Shown here piece by piece: positions 12,401 to 21,472 of a DNA stretch of 64,000 bases. Both the position numbers and the translations under genes were made by a program. The DNA is taken from the IMG/VR virus record IMGVR_UViG_3300021406_000010, positions 102,489-166,488 of that record; one strand, written 5' to 3'. Each line of letters opens with the position of its first letter. Position 1 is the stretch's first letter. The stretch is from a virus. The notes under the pieces are model-generated. The model was not told the origin of the DNA and did not search any database. It worked only from the letters and a program-made list of their open reading frames with translations.

Positions 12401-12509
12401 CGGTGATGGCGGTGGCCCCGTCGGCGGATATCGACCGGACGGTGACCAGCTTGGCGGACAGGCCGACGCTGTGGGTGGCCGGGTTGAGCGGCTGGCGGGG
12501 AGCGGCCAT
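9495..12509 (-). CDS. tail spike/fibre protein with glycine-rich domain
   Basis: Start at ATG 12509 (TGATG overlap), 1004 aa; three GD(L/I)W.N...W.G..W units, ITAAQIAAGT repeats, Gly-rich region. Confidence 0.8.
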   Translation of the reverse strand: MAAPRQPLNPATHSVGLSAKLVTVRSISADGATAITVDRQGTQVAVTMLMQRSKAPPPAPGEMWIITQDLGTWTFAAFAAASPADLPAAAAPAVTASAAAPAAPAPGDLWVNAAQGNALTSWSGSRWVPLQVGTNAIADRAVTAAKIAPGTITGAQLAPAAGITAGQLSVTASDLGGTSVITGTSQPPAPVLGDIWINPAQGNSVSVWDGGGWRLLQFGSRAIAAGSLTALQLAANAGITPGQVDFTASDIGGVTTSVGFSQPSSPAAGDLWFNGNQGFALTTWNGSNWVPFQFGTQSIAAGSVTAALIAANTITAAQIAAGTITAAQIAAGTITAEQIAAGIVLAGVVDGTTIEGGQFIAFGTSGEILVYSGTPALGNLIGSWSAAAGADGQGNPYPAGLFVAQGGISGLNVNSCSIASGSFQDGSISASTIAATAISGGTMTETDITFDTVGGVLYAYTTTTTTITQPAAGTYSFTPPPGIPSGKIECWGAAAGANHGNGTTGQDGGGAGEYACEPSYPLDPTGATTYSYTVGNGGNGAYTGNSDGQGGGDTFFDGTGVYANGGDASPAQGTGGAGGTGSANTIHHDGGSGMGVTGGHADGGSGGGSGGPSGAGGNGVYNGPGGAAGAGGGGAGGASGGSAASGASGSGPGGGGGGSGQSTTTSPFSRTYNASSSASYYGTDIGGAQRNAGGSVYQGASSGAPAGNQFGFWLLPSSVQSDLSGVTITSASVKITNQHSWYGSGMTITFGWSNRTSFPGTISSLGSGDKHGQYQAGITEGATKVINPPGLGAALKSGAAKSLMTGPSTSEPDLTQYGYFAGGASSASVTVTGTSGSSSQPIGGSGADGQVKITYVSSSVLECALSPQAGTDPGGNAYAAGYTGPVTAFQPGVIPAVPEVPHSFSLANSWTGTFKYKYRSDNTVMVSGILNVPSGVANNSNITVALPAAYWPASNQPLGCVQNAGSPFLGIPLVCEMLSTGVVHVYDATAGDTVRIFGTYPLDF
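11489..11585 (-). repeat. 30-bp coding tandem repeat (ITAAQIAAGT)
   Basis: gcgatctgc...gtgatggt repeated three times at 30-bp period. Confidence 0.8.
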
Positions 12510-15136
12510 CAGGGGCCGGCCGTCCCTGTCCCGGGCAGCGGCAGGTTGGTGCCCGCCGTGAGGCCCCCCGCTACCGGCAGGCCGATGAGCTGGCCGCCGG
12601 AGTTGTTGCCGCTGCCGGGCAGCCGGGCGGGGGCGGCGATGTTCACCTGGGTGGTGAAGGACCCGCCGGGGCCGGTCTGCCAGGTGTGGGTGACGGTGGT
12701 GACGTAGGCCTGGAAGCCGTAGGCGGGGACCTGCAGCAGCATGCCGGGCCACAGCTCCGGCATGAAGGTGAGGGCGACGTCGGAGTTGTACTGGTAGGCC
12801 CAGCTCCTCATGAACAGGAACAGGGCGGAGAAGAACTCGCCCGACGGGCCGATGACCCCCGGCATCTCCTCCAGGTCTGGGCGGGCGCCGAACCGGCCGT
12901 AGACGTAGCTGATGAACTTCTGCGCCTGGGCGGCGGTCGGCTCCAGGCCGAACAGGGCGTACATGATGGCGGGGATGTCGATGGTCGCGATGCCGGTGGT
13001 GGACAGGGCGTAGATGACGTCGAGGGGCAGCGTCTGGCCGGTGGCGGACAGGGTGATCCCGGACGCGGTGCCGCTGCCCAGGTCGACCTGCTGGGCGGGC
13101 GGCGCGACCACGTACTGGTGGGTGACCAGGTTGGTGTCGTCCCACGTGACGCTGAAGTCGATCAGCTCGATCGGCTCGACCTGCATGATGGCGGCGGTGC
13201 CCCAGATCCCGTAGTAGTCGGGGAACCACGCGATCAGGTCCCCGTTGGGGGCCGAGCAGTAGCTCCGCATGCAGGACCCGAGCAGGTTGCGGATGTAGGG
13301 CAGCAGCGGCTGGTCGTTGAGCAGGACGCGCGGCCCGGTGAACACGGCGGAAATGGCGGCCGACTCGGAGTCGAACGTCGGGAACCAGGGACTGGGGCCG
13401 AACAGCTTGTCGAACTGGTCGTTCGGGTTGTACCACGGCTGGGTGGAGGACGGGGATACTTGCAGCGCCTGCCCGCTGGCGGTCGCGGAGACCGCGCCGC
13501 CGGAGGTGAGGGCGCCGCCCGTCGGCACTGACTTGAACGCGGCGACGGTGCCGTTGTAGGCCGAGTAGTCGAACCCCGGGGCCAGCCCGGCGCACGTCCA
13601 GTAGGAGGCGGCGTTCCCGACGACCCCGGCGAATGTCCCGGTGTGGTGGGCGCCGACCGTGCTGCTGCCGGTCCCGGTGCTGATCTCGACGTGGCTGGAC
13701 GCGCCGGGGCCGCCGAGGAACATCAGCGCGCCGGGGATGTTCATCCCCGCCTGGGCGGACACGATCTGCCCTGACGACTGGCACCAGGCGCTCTGCTCGG
13801 CGGCTGTGCGAGGGCACCCGCCGAGGCTGCCGAGGGCGTGGAAGACGCACCACTGGACGAACGAGGAGCAGTCGAGCTGGGTGGGGACCGCCACGTTGGG
13901 GGCGGAGTCGCCGCCCAGCTGGTAGGGGATGTGCGGGTCGGACTGGACCAGCCCGAGGGCGGTGCCGAGCAGCTGGGTGCAGCTGGCCTTGCCCGCCTTG
14001 GCGTTGGAGGCGAGCGGGGCGAAGCCGGGGGAGTTGCCGAGCGAGCTGGCTCCCTGGGCATTGGACAGGACGCCGACGATCTGGGTGGCCATGTTCAGCC
14101 ACTGGTCGTAGTACGCCTGCCCCTGGGCGGCGGTGTTGAACGCCACCTGGACCATGTTCGCGACCACGCCGGGGTCGATCGACGCCCGGTTGCCGATCTT
14201 CAGCTCCACCGAGAAGAACTTCTGCGTGGCGTAGGTGACGTTGGTGACCTGCGCCACCGTCCCCCACCCGGCGGCCGGCCGCTGCTGGAACAGGCCGTAG
14301 GCCCCGTCAATGTTGGGGGTCGGGATGTTGGTGAGGGTCGACTCCCCCATGGCGGTCTCGATGCCGATGACCGCGTCCCGGGTGGTGCCGCCCATCTGCA
14401 GCGCCGTGTTGTAGATCAGCACCGCGAGGGAGGCCTGGGTGGCGTCGAGGCTGAACCCGGCGTACGTCCCGGCCTTCAGCGCCCCCGACGGGACGGTCCC
14501 GCCGCCGCCCCCGGGCAGCGAGCCGCCAACCGACCCGCCAACCGTCCCGGCCGCCCCGAGGGTGGCGTAGAACTGCTGGGCGAGGGCGTCGGCCGCCGCC
14601 GTGTCCGCCTTGACCGCCTGGGCGATCTTGTACGCCCACGCGGTCCAGCCCTGCGGGATCCCGGCGATGTGGACCTTCTCGGCCGGCCAGCCGGTGACGT
14701 TCTGCAGGATGGCCAGCACCGCCGCCGTGACGCCCCCGTCGTCGGGGTTCTTGGCGCTCGCCATCGCCTGGGCGACCATGTTCTGCGAGGCGGCGAGGCC
14801 GGGGTCCCAGAACCAGTACTGCAGCCTCTTCAGCGAGCACGACGCGGTCAGCTGCACCGACGTGGGCCAGGCGGTGACCAGCGGGACCGAGTTCAGGTAG
14901 CCGGTGAAGACCCTGAGCCAGGTGATCCGCTTCATCATGACGATGATCCGGTCGTTGGGAACGAATATCCCGGTGTACTTCCGGAACGGGTTCTGCAGGG
15001 TGAAGGCGAAGGTCGACACCCCGTCGGAGCGGCGCACCATGGTCCCCTGGGTGACGTCGTCGCTGATGTCGATGATCCCGTTGGCCTGGGTGAGGATGTA
15101 GATCTTGCAGGCTGGCGAATACATCAGGACCGCCAC
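12509..15136 (-). CDS. baseplate hub / tail-associated peptidoglycan hydrolase (lytic transglycosylase-like + NlpC/P60)
   Basis: GGAGGGG RBS before GTG 15136; AMGESTLTN...YGLFQQRP lysozyme-like motif; PYQLGG..LDCSSFVQW..HVEI NlpC/P60 motif. Confidence 0.85.
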   Translation of the reverse strand: MAVLMYSPACKIYILTQANGIIDISDDVTQGTMVRRSDGVSTFAFTLQNPFRKYTGIFVPNDRIIVMMKRITWLRVFTGYLNSVPLVTAWPTSVQLTASCSLKRLQYWFWDPGLAASQNMVAQAMASAKNPDDGGVTAAVLAILQNVTGWPAEKVHIAGIPQGWTAWAYKIAQAVKADTAAADALAQQFYATLGAAGTVGGSVGGSLPGGGGGTVPSGALKAGTYAGFSLDATQASLAVLIYNTALQMGGTTRDAVIGIETAMGESTLTNIPTPNIDGAYGLFQQRPAAGWGTVAQVTNVTYATQKFFSVELKIGNRASIDPGVVANMVQVAFNTAAQGQAYYDQWLNMATQIVGVLSNAQGASSLGNSPGFAPLASNAKAGKASCTQLLGTALGLVQSDPHIPYQLGGDSAPNVAVPTQLDCSSFVQWCVFHALGSLGGCPRTAAEQSAWCQSSGQIVSAQAGMNIPGALMFLGGPGASSHVEISTGTGSSTVGAHHTGTFAGVVGNAASYWTCAGLAPGFDYSAYNGTVAAFKSVPTGGALTSGGAVSATASGQALQVSPSSTQPWYNPNDQFDKLFGPSPWFPTFDSESAAISAVFTGPRVLLNDQPLLPYIRNLLGSCMRSYCSAPNGDLIAWFPDYYGIWGTAAIMQVEPIELIDFSVTWDDTNLVTHQYVVAPPAQQVDLGSGTASGITLSATGQTLPLDVIYALSTTGIATIDIPAIMYALFGLEPTAAQAQKFISYVYGRFGARPDLEEMPGVIGPSGEFFSALFLFMRSWAYQYNSDVALTFMPELWPGMLLQVPAYGFQAYVTTVTHTWQTGPGGSFTTQVNIAAPARLPGSGNNSGGQLIGLPVAGGLTAGTNLPLPGTGTAGP

Positions 15137-15222
15137 GGGCCGTCCCCTCCGCCGTGCCGCCTGATCCACACGACGATCAGCATCGCCGCCAGCACCCCCA
15201 GGACCAGCAGGAGCGCGCTCAC
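15124..15222 (-). CDS. small membrane peptide
   Basis: 32-aa ORF MSALLLVLGVLAAMLIVVWIRRH..., GTGA overlap with upstream stop. Confidence 0.45.
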   Translation of the reverse strand: MSALLLVLGVLAAMLIVVWIRRHGGGDGPWRS

Positions 15223-15851
15223 GGGCCGGTCCCGGTCAGGTTCGGGGGCGGTCCCTGCCCGGGGGCGTAGGGGATCGTGACGGGCGACGACGGCGCCACG
15301 GTGCCGTAGTTGAACGGCACCTGGGTCCCGGACAGCTGGTCGCCGAACGGGTAGAAGTACTGGATCGCCGGGTCGGACGCGAACGCGCTCCACTTGTTGA
15401 CGACGGAGCTGGCGGCCACCACGGCGGGCTGGTGGGGCGACAGCCCGGCCTCGAAGATGAACTGCGGGGTGAACATCATCATCCCGGTGTGCGCTCCCCA
15501 CTCGTAGCCGACGAGGGGGATGCCGTGCTCGGTGAAGCCCCGCGACGGCACGGTGACCACCATCAGCGGGAAAGACGTCCAGGTGATGTTGGGGTCCAGC
15601 ACCAGCTGGGCGAAGGACGCCATCCAGGCGTTGAAGTCGAGCCGCTCGTCCCAGTCCTTCAGCAGCACCTGGACGGAGAACTGCTGGCGGGCGCTCTTGT
15701 GCGGGTAGTAGGCCCGGGTGGTGCGGCCCTGGTCCTCGGCGGAGATCATCTGCACGCCGTGGGACAGGTCCCCGGCGCGCACCTGGTAGGCGTGGGTGAC
15801 GCCCTGGGCGTCGGGGTAGCTGAACGTGGCGTTCAGGCCCTGCCGCGTCAT
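15219..15851 (-). CDS. minor tail/baseplate protein
   Basis: 210 aa, coupled to upstream gene, between tape measure and hub. Confidence 0.65.
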   Translation of the reverse strand: MTRQGLNATFSYPDAQGVTHAYQVRAGDLSHGVQMISAEDQGRTTRAYYPHKSARQQFSVQVLLKDWDERLDFNAWMASFAQLVLDPNITWTSFPLMVVTVPSRGFTEHGIPLVGYEWGAHTGMMMFTPQFIFEAGLSPHQPAVVAASSVVNKWSAFASDPAIQYFYPFGDQLSGTQVPFNYGTVAPSSPVTIPYAPGQGPPPNLTGTGP

Positions 15852-16081
15852 CAGCGGGGCCGTGCGTCGATGCCGGCGGAGTCCATGACGACGGGCCCGG
15901 CGGCGGCCGGGGCGTAGACGGGCACGGCGAGGGACTCGTACTCGGCGGCGGTCATGTCGGGGACCAGCCGGTACTGGGTCATCCCGAACCCCATCATGGG
16001 GACCATGACGGCCTCCCCCGCCGGGAGCGGCATGGATATCGGGACGTCGGACGCCCAGGCGGGGCGGTCGGCAACGGGCAC
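15851..16081 (-). CDS. hypothetical virion-region protein
   Basis: 76 aa, strong GGAGGAGG RBS. Confidence 0.65.
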   Translation of the reverse strand: MPVADRPAWASDVPISMPLPAGEAVMVPMMGFGMTQYRLVPDMTAAEYESLAVPVYAPAAAGPVVMDSAGIDARPR

Positions 16082-16117
16082 GGGGACCTCCTCCCTACTT
16101 CCGGGGAGGAGCCTCGC

Positions 16118-16725
16118 CTAGGGCCCGCCGAGCGTTCCTGTTGCCTGGCCGTTGAATTTTGTGAACTTCCAGCCGATTCCGTCGGATATGCGGGCCATGA
16201 AGGCGCTCACCGCGTCGTAGGCCTGCTGGGAGAAGGCCCCGTTGGTGGTGCCCGCCTTCACCAGCGACGGGCTGCCGTCCTGCACGATGAACAGGGTCAG
16301 GACGTACTGGTGGGAGAACTTGCCGTAGCGCATGATCACGCTGGCGTCCCCGTCGGGGTCGGCGAGGCCCTTGACGTAGACCAGGAAGTTCCAGTTGCGG
16401 GGCGGATAGGAGAAGACCGCCGGCGGGTGCATCTGGGCGTTCGCGGTGGCGTCGGCCGACTGGGCCTCCATGATGGCGGTGATGCCGCCGAGGAAGGCCT
16501 CGGCCTGCTGCCAGCTCTCCCCCGTCACGGCGTCGGAGTGGTCCTGGCCGAAGGACCCGCGCACCGTCAGGTCCGACAGCCGCGAGCCGGTCACCTGGAT
16601 GACGCGCCCGCCGATGGTCTCCGTGACGGAGGTAAGAGGACCTCGTAGCTCCAATCGATCGCGTCAGGATCGATTCGGAAGGCTATCGAGGGGCCGCCCG
16701 GATATCCGAGCGTGGCAGTTCCCAT
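16118..16725 (-). CDS. tail tube initiator/minor tail protein; frameshift near 16635
   Basis: GGGAGGTG RBS + ATG 16725 gives MGTATLGYPGGPSIAFRIDPDAIDWSYEVL, which continues as TSVTETIGGRVIQV only after a frame change. Confidence 0.6.
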
Positions 16726-16830
16726 AAGGCACCACCTCCCTTCAGTGCCCTGGCCCTGGCGAGCGATCCCCTGGCAAGGGCAAGTTGCTTCAGCGTCTCG
16801 GGCGTTTCGTCGTCCCTCCTTCCGGGCCGG

Positions 16831-18729
16831 CTACCGGCTCGCCTGGTGCACGTAGGGGTTGGCGGGCACCTGCGAGGTGGCAGCCGCCTGGTCGTTGTTC
16901 GCGGGCAGCACCTTCAGGAGCTGCCGCGCCTCGGGGGTCAGCGCGATGGTGAGCGCCTGGGAGAAGGGGCCGGCCGCCTGCGGCTGGGCCGGCCCCAGGG
17001 GGACCGGGGCCGGCTTCGGGACGGGGACCCTGGCCGGCGGCGTGACAGGCGGCGTGACGGGCTTCGGCGAGGTTCCGACGGGGATGCCGCCGAGTACGTT
17101 GCCCTGGGACCCCGGCGACGGGGACTGCCCGACGGGGATGCCGCCGAGCACGGTCGGCACGACGGCGGGAGGCGCGCCCCCCGTGCCGCCCGTCGTCGTG
17201 CCGCTGGTGCCGAGGGTGGCCTCGTTCACCCCTACCGTCTGCGAGACGATCCACTGGAACGCCTGGGCGGAAGTCATCTGGACGCCGGTGAGGGCGGAGA
17301 TCTCCTGCGCCCACAGGTTCTCGTTGATGTTGCCGCTAACCTGGTTGGCGTTCAGGAACGCGGTGGCGACGCTGTCGCGGAGGCCGGGGTTCCTCGCCAC
17401 GGCGGCGGCGCCGCCTGCCTGCGCGATCAGCTGCTGCAGGGACTGCGTCATCTGGGGGGTCATCAGCCCGCCCAGGGTCAGGAACTGCATGTTCTGGCCG
17501 GCCAGCTGCTGGGCGTACAGTTGCGGGTTGTTGCGCGCCGTGTACTGCAGCTGGGCGGGGGACTGGCCGGTCATGCCCGCCAGCAGGTACTGGCGCTGCT
17601 GCGACAGCTCCCCGGAGAAGTTCACCCCGGCGAACTCCTTGCCCAGCAAGCCCTGCATGTTGGCGATCCCGCCAGCCAGGGCGGTGGCGCCGTTGCCGGC
17701 CCCCATGCCGAGCGCCTGGGAGAAGTACGCGTTGAACTGCTGGCGGGCCGTCTCGGCCGAGGTGCCCGCGTTGCCGGCGTCCTGCGACAGCTGCTCCATG
17801 GTGCGCGACAGCTGCTGCAGGTTGACGTTGGCGTCCTGGGTGGCGGACTGCAGGACGGACAGCGAGTCGTTCACGTCCATGCCCATGGAGTTGTAGTTGT
17901 GGTAGACGAAGTTGAGGGCGCTCTGCCGGTTCTGCGGCTGCTGGCCCTCCCCGATGGCCCCCTGGTTGAACCCCATCGCGGTCACCCCGGCGAACGACTG
18001 CGCCGCCGCGCCCTGCGGCATCAGGCCCGTCATGCTCAGCTGGTAGACCGCCTGGTGCAGCCGCTCGGTCTGGGCGTTCCAGTTGCCGCCGCCCTCGACC
18101 TCCTGGTACGGCCGGGCCGCCTCGCGCTGGGTGAGGTAGGGGTTGCCGTTGGCGAACCAGTTGTACAGGTCGGTGACCAGGCCCACGCCGGGGATCTGCT
18201 GCAGCAGGCCGGCCGGGGTGCCGCCCGAGGCTGCCACCCGTGCCCCGACCTGCTGGCCGAAGGTGAGGGCCGCCGCGCCGCCACCGGGGGCTCCGCCTCC
18301 TCCTCCGCCGCCGCCGCCGCCGCCTCCACCGCCTCCTCCTCCTCCGGGCGGCCCGTAGAGGGTCCCGCCCCCGGCCTGGCTGTAGAGCCACGAGCCCAGC
18401 TGCTGGGCGCCGTAGGCCTGCAGGTTCTGCAGGGAGGAGGCGGCCCCCATGGGCGACAGCTGGGTGGCGCCCGCCGTGGCCACGGCCGACCCGCCGCGCT
18501 GCAGCTGGGCGATCACGTCCGGGTCCATGTTCGTCGTGGGCGGCACCTGGCTCGCCTGGTAACGGCGCGATGCGCTGCTGGTCCGGGTCAGCGCGCTGGT
18601 CTGCGCGCTGATGACCTGCTCCAGGGACTGCAGCTGGCGGACCACCACCTGCAGCCCCTGGGTCATCTGGGCGGCGGCCGATGCCGCGCCCACCGTCGAC
18701 TGCGGCTGGCCTGGCCAGGGGATGGTCAC
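16831..18729 (-). CDS. tape measure-like protein
   Basis: 632 aa, Ala/Gln/Gly-rich, directly after tail chaperone; poly-Gly tract at about 18285-18350. Confidence 0.7.
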   Translation of the reverse strand: MTIPWPGQPQSTVGAASAAAQMTQGLQVVVRQLQSLEQVISAQTSALTRTSSASRRYQASQVPPTTNMDPDVIAQLQRGGSAVATAGATQLSPMGAASSLQNLQAYGAQQLGSWLYSQAGGGTLYGPPGGGGGGGGGGGGGGGGGGAPGGGAAALTFGQQVGARVAASGGTPAGLLQQIPGVGLVTDLYNWFANGNPYLTQREAARPYQEVEGGGNWNAQTERLHQAVYQLSMTGLMPQGAAAQSFAGVTAMGFNQGAIGEGQQPQNRQSALNFVYHNYNSMGMDVNDSLSVLQSATQDANVNLQQLSRTMEQLSQDAGNAGTSAETARQQFNAYFSQALGMGAGNGATALAGGIANMQGLLGKEFAGVNFSGELSQQRQYLLAGMTGQSPAQLQYTARNNPQLYAQQLAGQNMQFLTLGGLMTPQMTQSLQQLIAQAGGAAAVARNPGLRDSVATAFLNANQVSGNINENLWAQEISALTGVQMTSAQAFQWIVSQTVGVNEATLGTSGTTTGGTGGAPPAVVPTVLGGIPVGQSPSPGSQGNVLGGIPVGTSPKPVTPPVTPPARVPVPKPAPVPLGPAQPQAAGPFSQALTIALTPEARQLLKVLPANNDQAAATSQVPANPYVHQASR

Positions 18730-18741
18730 GGGACCACGTCC

Positions 18742-19173
18742 TCACGTCCACTCGGGATGGGGCTCCGGGGCCGGCGGCGGCGGCCGGGACGGCTCGCGGA
18801 TCGTCACCCGGCTGCTGGCGGCCACCAGTGACTCGAGCGCGGCCATGTCGGAGGCGAACGAGGCGGGGGTGGCCCTCTCCAGCCGCAGGGCGCTCCCGGC
18901 GGGCGGCGTCCCGTCCCCGGGGGCGGGAGCTTCCTCGAAGTGACCGGGCCACGCTTCCAGGGCGCTGACCAGGCCGGAGGCGACCGCTGCGGACAGGATG
19001 AGGTCCTGGCGGTCCTGCAGGCGGCGCCCCTCGTCGAGCCAGTGCAGGACCTCGGTGGCGGCCAGGCAGGCGCGGGGGAGGTGCCGTCCCGACAGCTGCC
19101 CGCGCCTTTCCGCCAGCCGCAGCTGCTGCTCTACCCAGGGATCGCAGTGCCCGCCGGGGCTGGTGCTTTTCCC
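18742..19173 (-). CDS. tail assembly chaperone, -1 frameshift extension (GT form)
   Basis: Open -1 frame from slippery GGGAAAA (19173-19167) to TGA 18742, with no early start codon of its own. Confidence 0.8.
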   Translation of the reverse strand, partial: GKSTSPGGHCDPWVEQQLRLAERRGQLSGRHLPRACLAATEVLHWLDEGRRLQDRQDLILSAAVASGLVSALEAWPGHFEEAPAPGDGTPPAGSALRLERATPASFASDMAALESLVAASSRVTIREPSRPPPPAPEPHPEWT

Positions 19174-19640
19174 AGGGCCTCGATCACCTCCCGCTGGCGG
19201 ACCTCCAGTGCCAGGTAGGCGGTGAAGATCGCGTCAATCGTCGGCGGGAACCACCGGCGGGCGTAGTTGTACCGCTCGTAGGCCCACTTGCGCTCCTGCC
19301 CGGGGTGCTCGCCGAGCGGCACCGGCATCGGCTGCCCGTCGATGGCGGTGACGCACATCCCGGCCATCGCCGTGGCGTAGGACTTGGCGCCGCCCAGGCC
19401 GCCCTCGTGGTCGCGGACCAGCGACGCGACGAGCAGCTCCTCGTCGGTGGTGAGGGTCTTCAGCTCGATCCGGTGGCCGCACCAGTCGAACCACGCGGTC
19501 AGGTACCCGAGCCGCAGCAGGCCGGTCAGGTCGTCGCGCCACGAGCCGGTGTCCGGCTCGTCGAGGTGCAGGTCGAGGACATCCTCCGGCGGCGGGACGG
19601 CAGACGCCGCCGGGGATTCCTCGTCGGGGAACGCGGTCAC
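19131..19640 (-). CDS. tail assembly chaperone (G form)
   Basis: 169 aa; slippery GGGAAAA near the 3' end; upstream of tape measure. Confidence 0.85.
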   Translation of the reverse strand: MTAFPDEESPAASAVPPPEDVLDLHLDEPDTGSWRDDLTGLLRLGYLTAWFDWCGHRIELKTLTTDEELLVASLVRDHEGGLGGAKSYATAMAGMCVTAIDGQPMPVPLGEHPGQERKWAYERYNYARRWFPPTIDAIFTAYLALEVRQREVIEALGKAPAPAGTAIPG

Positions 19641-19816
19641 GCCGGGCTGCCTCCCCAGCGCAGCTGCATGGCCTGGCTGCGCATCCGGAGGTTCGGGTCC
19701 TCCTGCTCGAGGGAGACGCTGGCGGAGGTCGCGCCGGGCACGGTGACCGTCACCTCCGCCGAGCCGGTGGCAGTGCCGTCCGGCCCGGTGACGGTGGCGG
19801 TGATGGTGACGATCAC
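19637..19816 (-). CDS. small beta-rich hypothetical protein
   Basis: 59 aa, GTGA coupling at both ends. Confidence 0.5.
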   Translation of the reverse strand: MIVTITATVTGPDGTATGSAEVTVTVPGATSASVSLEQEDPNLRMRSQAMQLRWGGSPA

Positions 19817-20124
19817 GCCGGCAGCGCGGGGATGACGCCGGTGAAGACGGCGGTGCCCGCGACGTTGGACTGCTGGGTGTAGGCGGTGCTGACCGAGTCG
19901 GACACCGCGACGGTGAGCGGGAGGGCGGGAGCCGCGCCGGCGGTGTAGGTGGCGCTGCCGGTGGACGCGGTGCCGTCGAGGGCGGTGACGCTCGCGGTGA
20001 CGGTGACGGTGACGCCCGGGTTGGCGGGGTCGAGGTACTCGACGGTGACGGTGATCGGGTCGCCGACGGCGTAGGCGGCCTTGTCGGTGGCGACGGTGAC
20101 GGCGGGCGGCACGGGGGTGGTCAA
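19813..20124 (-). CDS. Ig-like accessory virion protein
   Basis: GGAGG RBS + TTG; TDKAAYAVGDPITVTV motif, Thr/Val-rich. Confidence 0.6.
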   Translation of the reverse strand: MTTPVPPAVTVATDKAAYAVGDPITVTVEYLDPANPGVTVTVTASVTALDGTASTGSATYTAGAAPALPLTVAVSDSVSTAYTQQSNVAGTAVFTGVIPALPA

Positions 20125-20191
20125 GGTTCCTCCACGGGCGGGGCGGGCAAGGGGTCTCACTTCTTCCGGGGGGCATCGCTATGCTCGCTGC

Positions 20192-20482
20192 ATGACCGTT
20201 CGCGCGCCCTTCACCCCGGCCCAGGTCGCCAGCCTCAACGGCTACCAGGCGTCCGCTTCCTTCCACGGGTTCACCTGCGGGGATGATGCCTGTCCCGGCG
20301 CCGATGGCGAGCGTGTCGCCCTGCGCGCGCAGGAGGACGGCTGGCACTGCCCCGCGTGCCCGTACACGCAGGACTGGGCGCATGACTTCATGGCCGACGG
20401 GTCGTGGCAGCGGCTCTCCGGCGTTACCGTCACCGTCGGCGGCGTGCGGGTGAGGGGCGAGATCGGGGAGATCACGGGCTAG
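20192..20482 (+). CDS. Cys/His-rich hypothetical protein (leaderless)
   Basis: TATGCT-6nt-ATG; HGFTC...GWHCPACPYTQDWAH motif. Confidence 0.7.
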   Translation: MTVRAPFTPAQVASLNGYQASASFHGFTCGDDACPGADGERVALRAQEDGWHCPACPYTQDWAHDFMADGSWQRLSGVTVTVGGVRVRGEIGEITG

Positions 20483-20596
20483 GCTGGGCGCAGGATTCCC
20501 GCAGGGGGACGCTCAGGAGATGGGATGGCCGGCGCAGCACGGAGCCGGCGGGCGCCAGCGGCCCGGAAGGCTGGCCCCTGTCCCCCATCGCAACAG

Positions 20597-20635
20597 CGAG
20601 GCCCGCGCCCTATGTCAAGGGGCACGGGCCTCGCG
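20597..20635. terminator. GC-rich stem-loop between convergent genes
   Basis: gcgaggcccgcgccc / gggcacgggcctcgc inverted repeat. Confidence 0.5.
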
Positions 20636-20877
20636 CGTCCGCTAGGATGGCCGCCATGCTGCGGTGAGTACCGGGTGACGCCGGGAGGGGCCAGCAGACA
20701 GCGCGGGAGCCGCCGCAGGAGCCCTGGTACCGGGGAGACGCCGCGAGCACAGCGCGCCGGGCTATGCCCGCCCGCCACCACCGTATGCCGGCCTCCGGCC
20801 GGCCTGGGGGCCGTCTGCCTCCGGACGAGACTGGCGGTCGCCCGGACTATCCCCCTCGCCAGGACATCCTTGCCGGA

Positions 20878-21409
20878 TTATGTCGGATTGAACTGGTTCG
20901 AGTTCAAGGGCACGTAGTGGGTATACGCGAACGTGATTCCTTTTGTTACAGCCAGTGCGCCTACGGTGACTGTCTCCCCGTCGTTGATGTCCACTACCGT
21001 GACGTTCTGGTAGACCTTGCCGCGCCAGGACCCGGGAGTGCCCTCCGTGCCGGGCGGCTTGATCACCATCGAGGCCGTCACGTAGTTCGGGTCCTTCTGC
21101 AGCGCCAGGAAGATGTCGACCATGTTCCAGGTCCCGGCCAGGCCGGCCAGCTGCCACCAGACGGGCTGGTTCCACAGCTCGCGGATGGTCACCATGACGG
21201 TGCCGCCGGAGATCACCCTGGACGTGGCGATCTCCACCGGGAAGCTGGAGCCGATCGGCTGGATGAATTGATAAGGCTGGCCGGCATCCGAGAAGGCCCT
21301 CTGGCCTGAGTCCTCGCATTAACCAGCCTTCACAGAAGGCAATTGGTGCTTTGTTATATGACAACACAGTGTAGCCTGAACCGACTACCCTGGCCTTCGT
21401 GGCGGCGAT
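20878..21409 (-). CDS. tail tube protein; probable ATC start; frame break at about 21316-21322
   Basis: Follows sheath; AATKARVVGSGYTVLSYNKAPIAFCEGW joins EDSGQRAF...PVEIATSRVI in another frame. Confidence 0.75.
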
Positions 21410-21472
21410 GGTGACCACCTCCTTTCGGCGAGTCTCGCGACATACTAACTATCGCAAGATAGTATTGGCTTA

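Noticed and set aside
12510-14267. N-terminal 586 aa of ORF 9495..14267
   Set aside because: Off-frame overlap with the hub gene; the real start is ATG 12509.
18285-18350. GGC/GGA trinucleotide run as a contingency locus
   Set aside because: In-frame poly-Gly linker with mixed codons; length change would not switch the frame.
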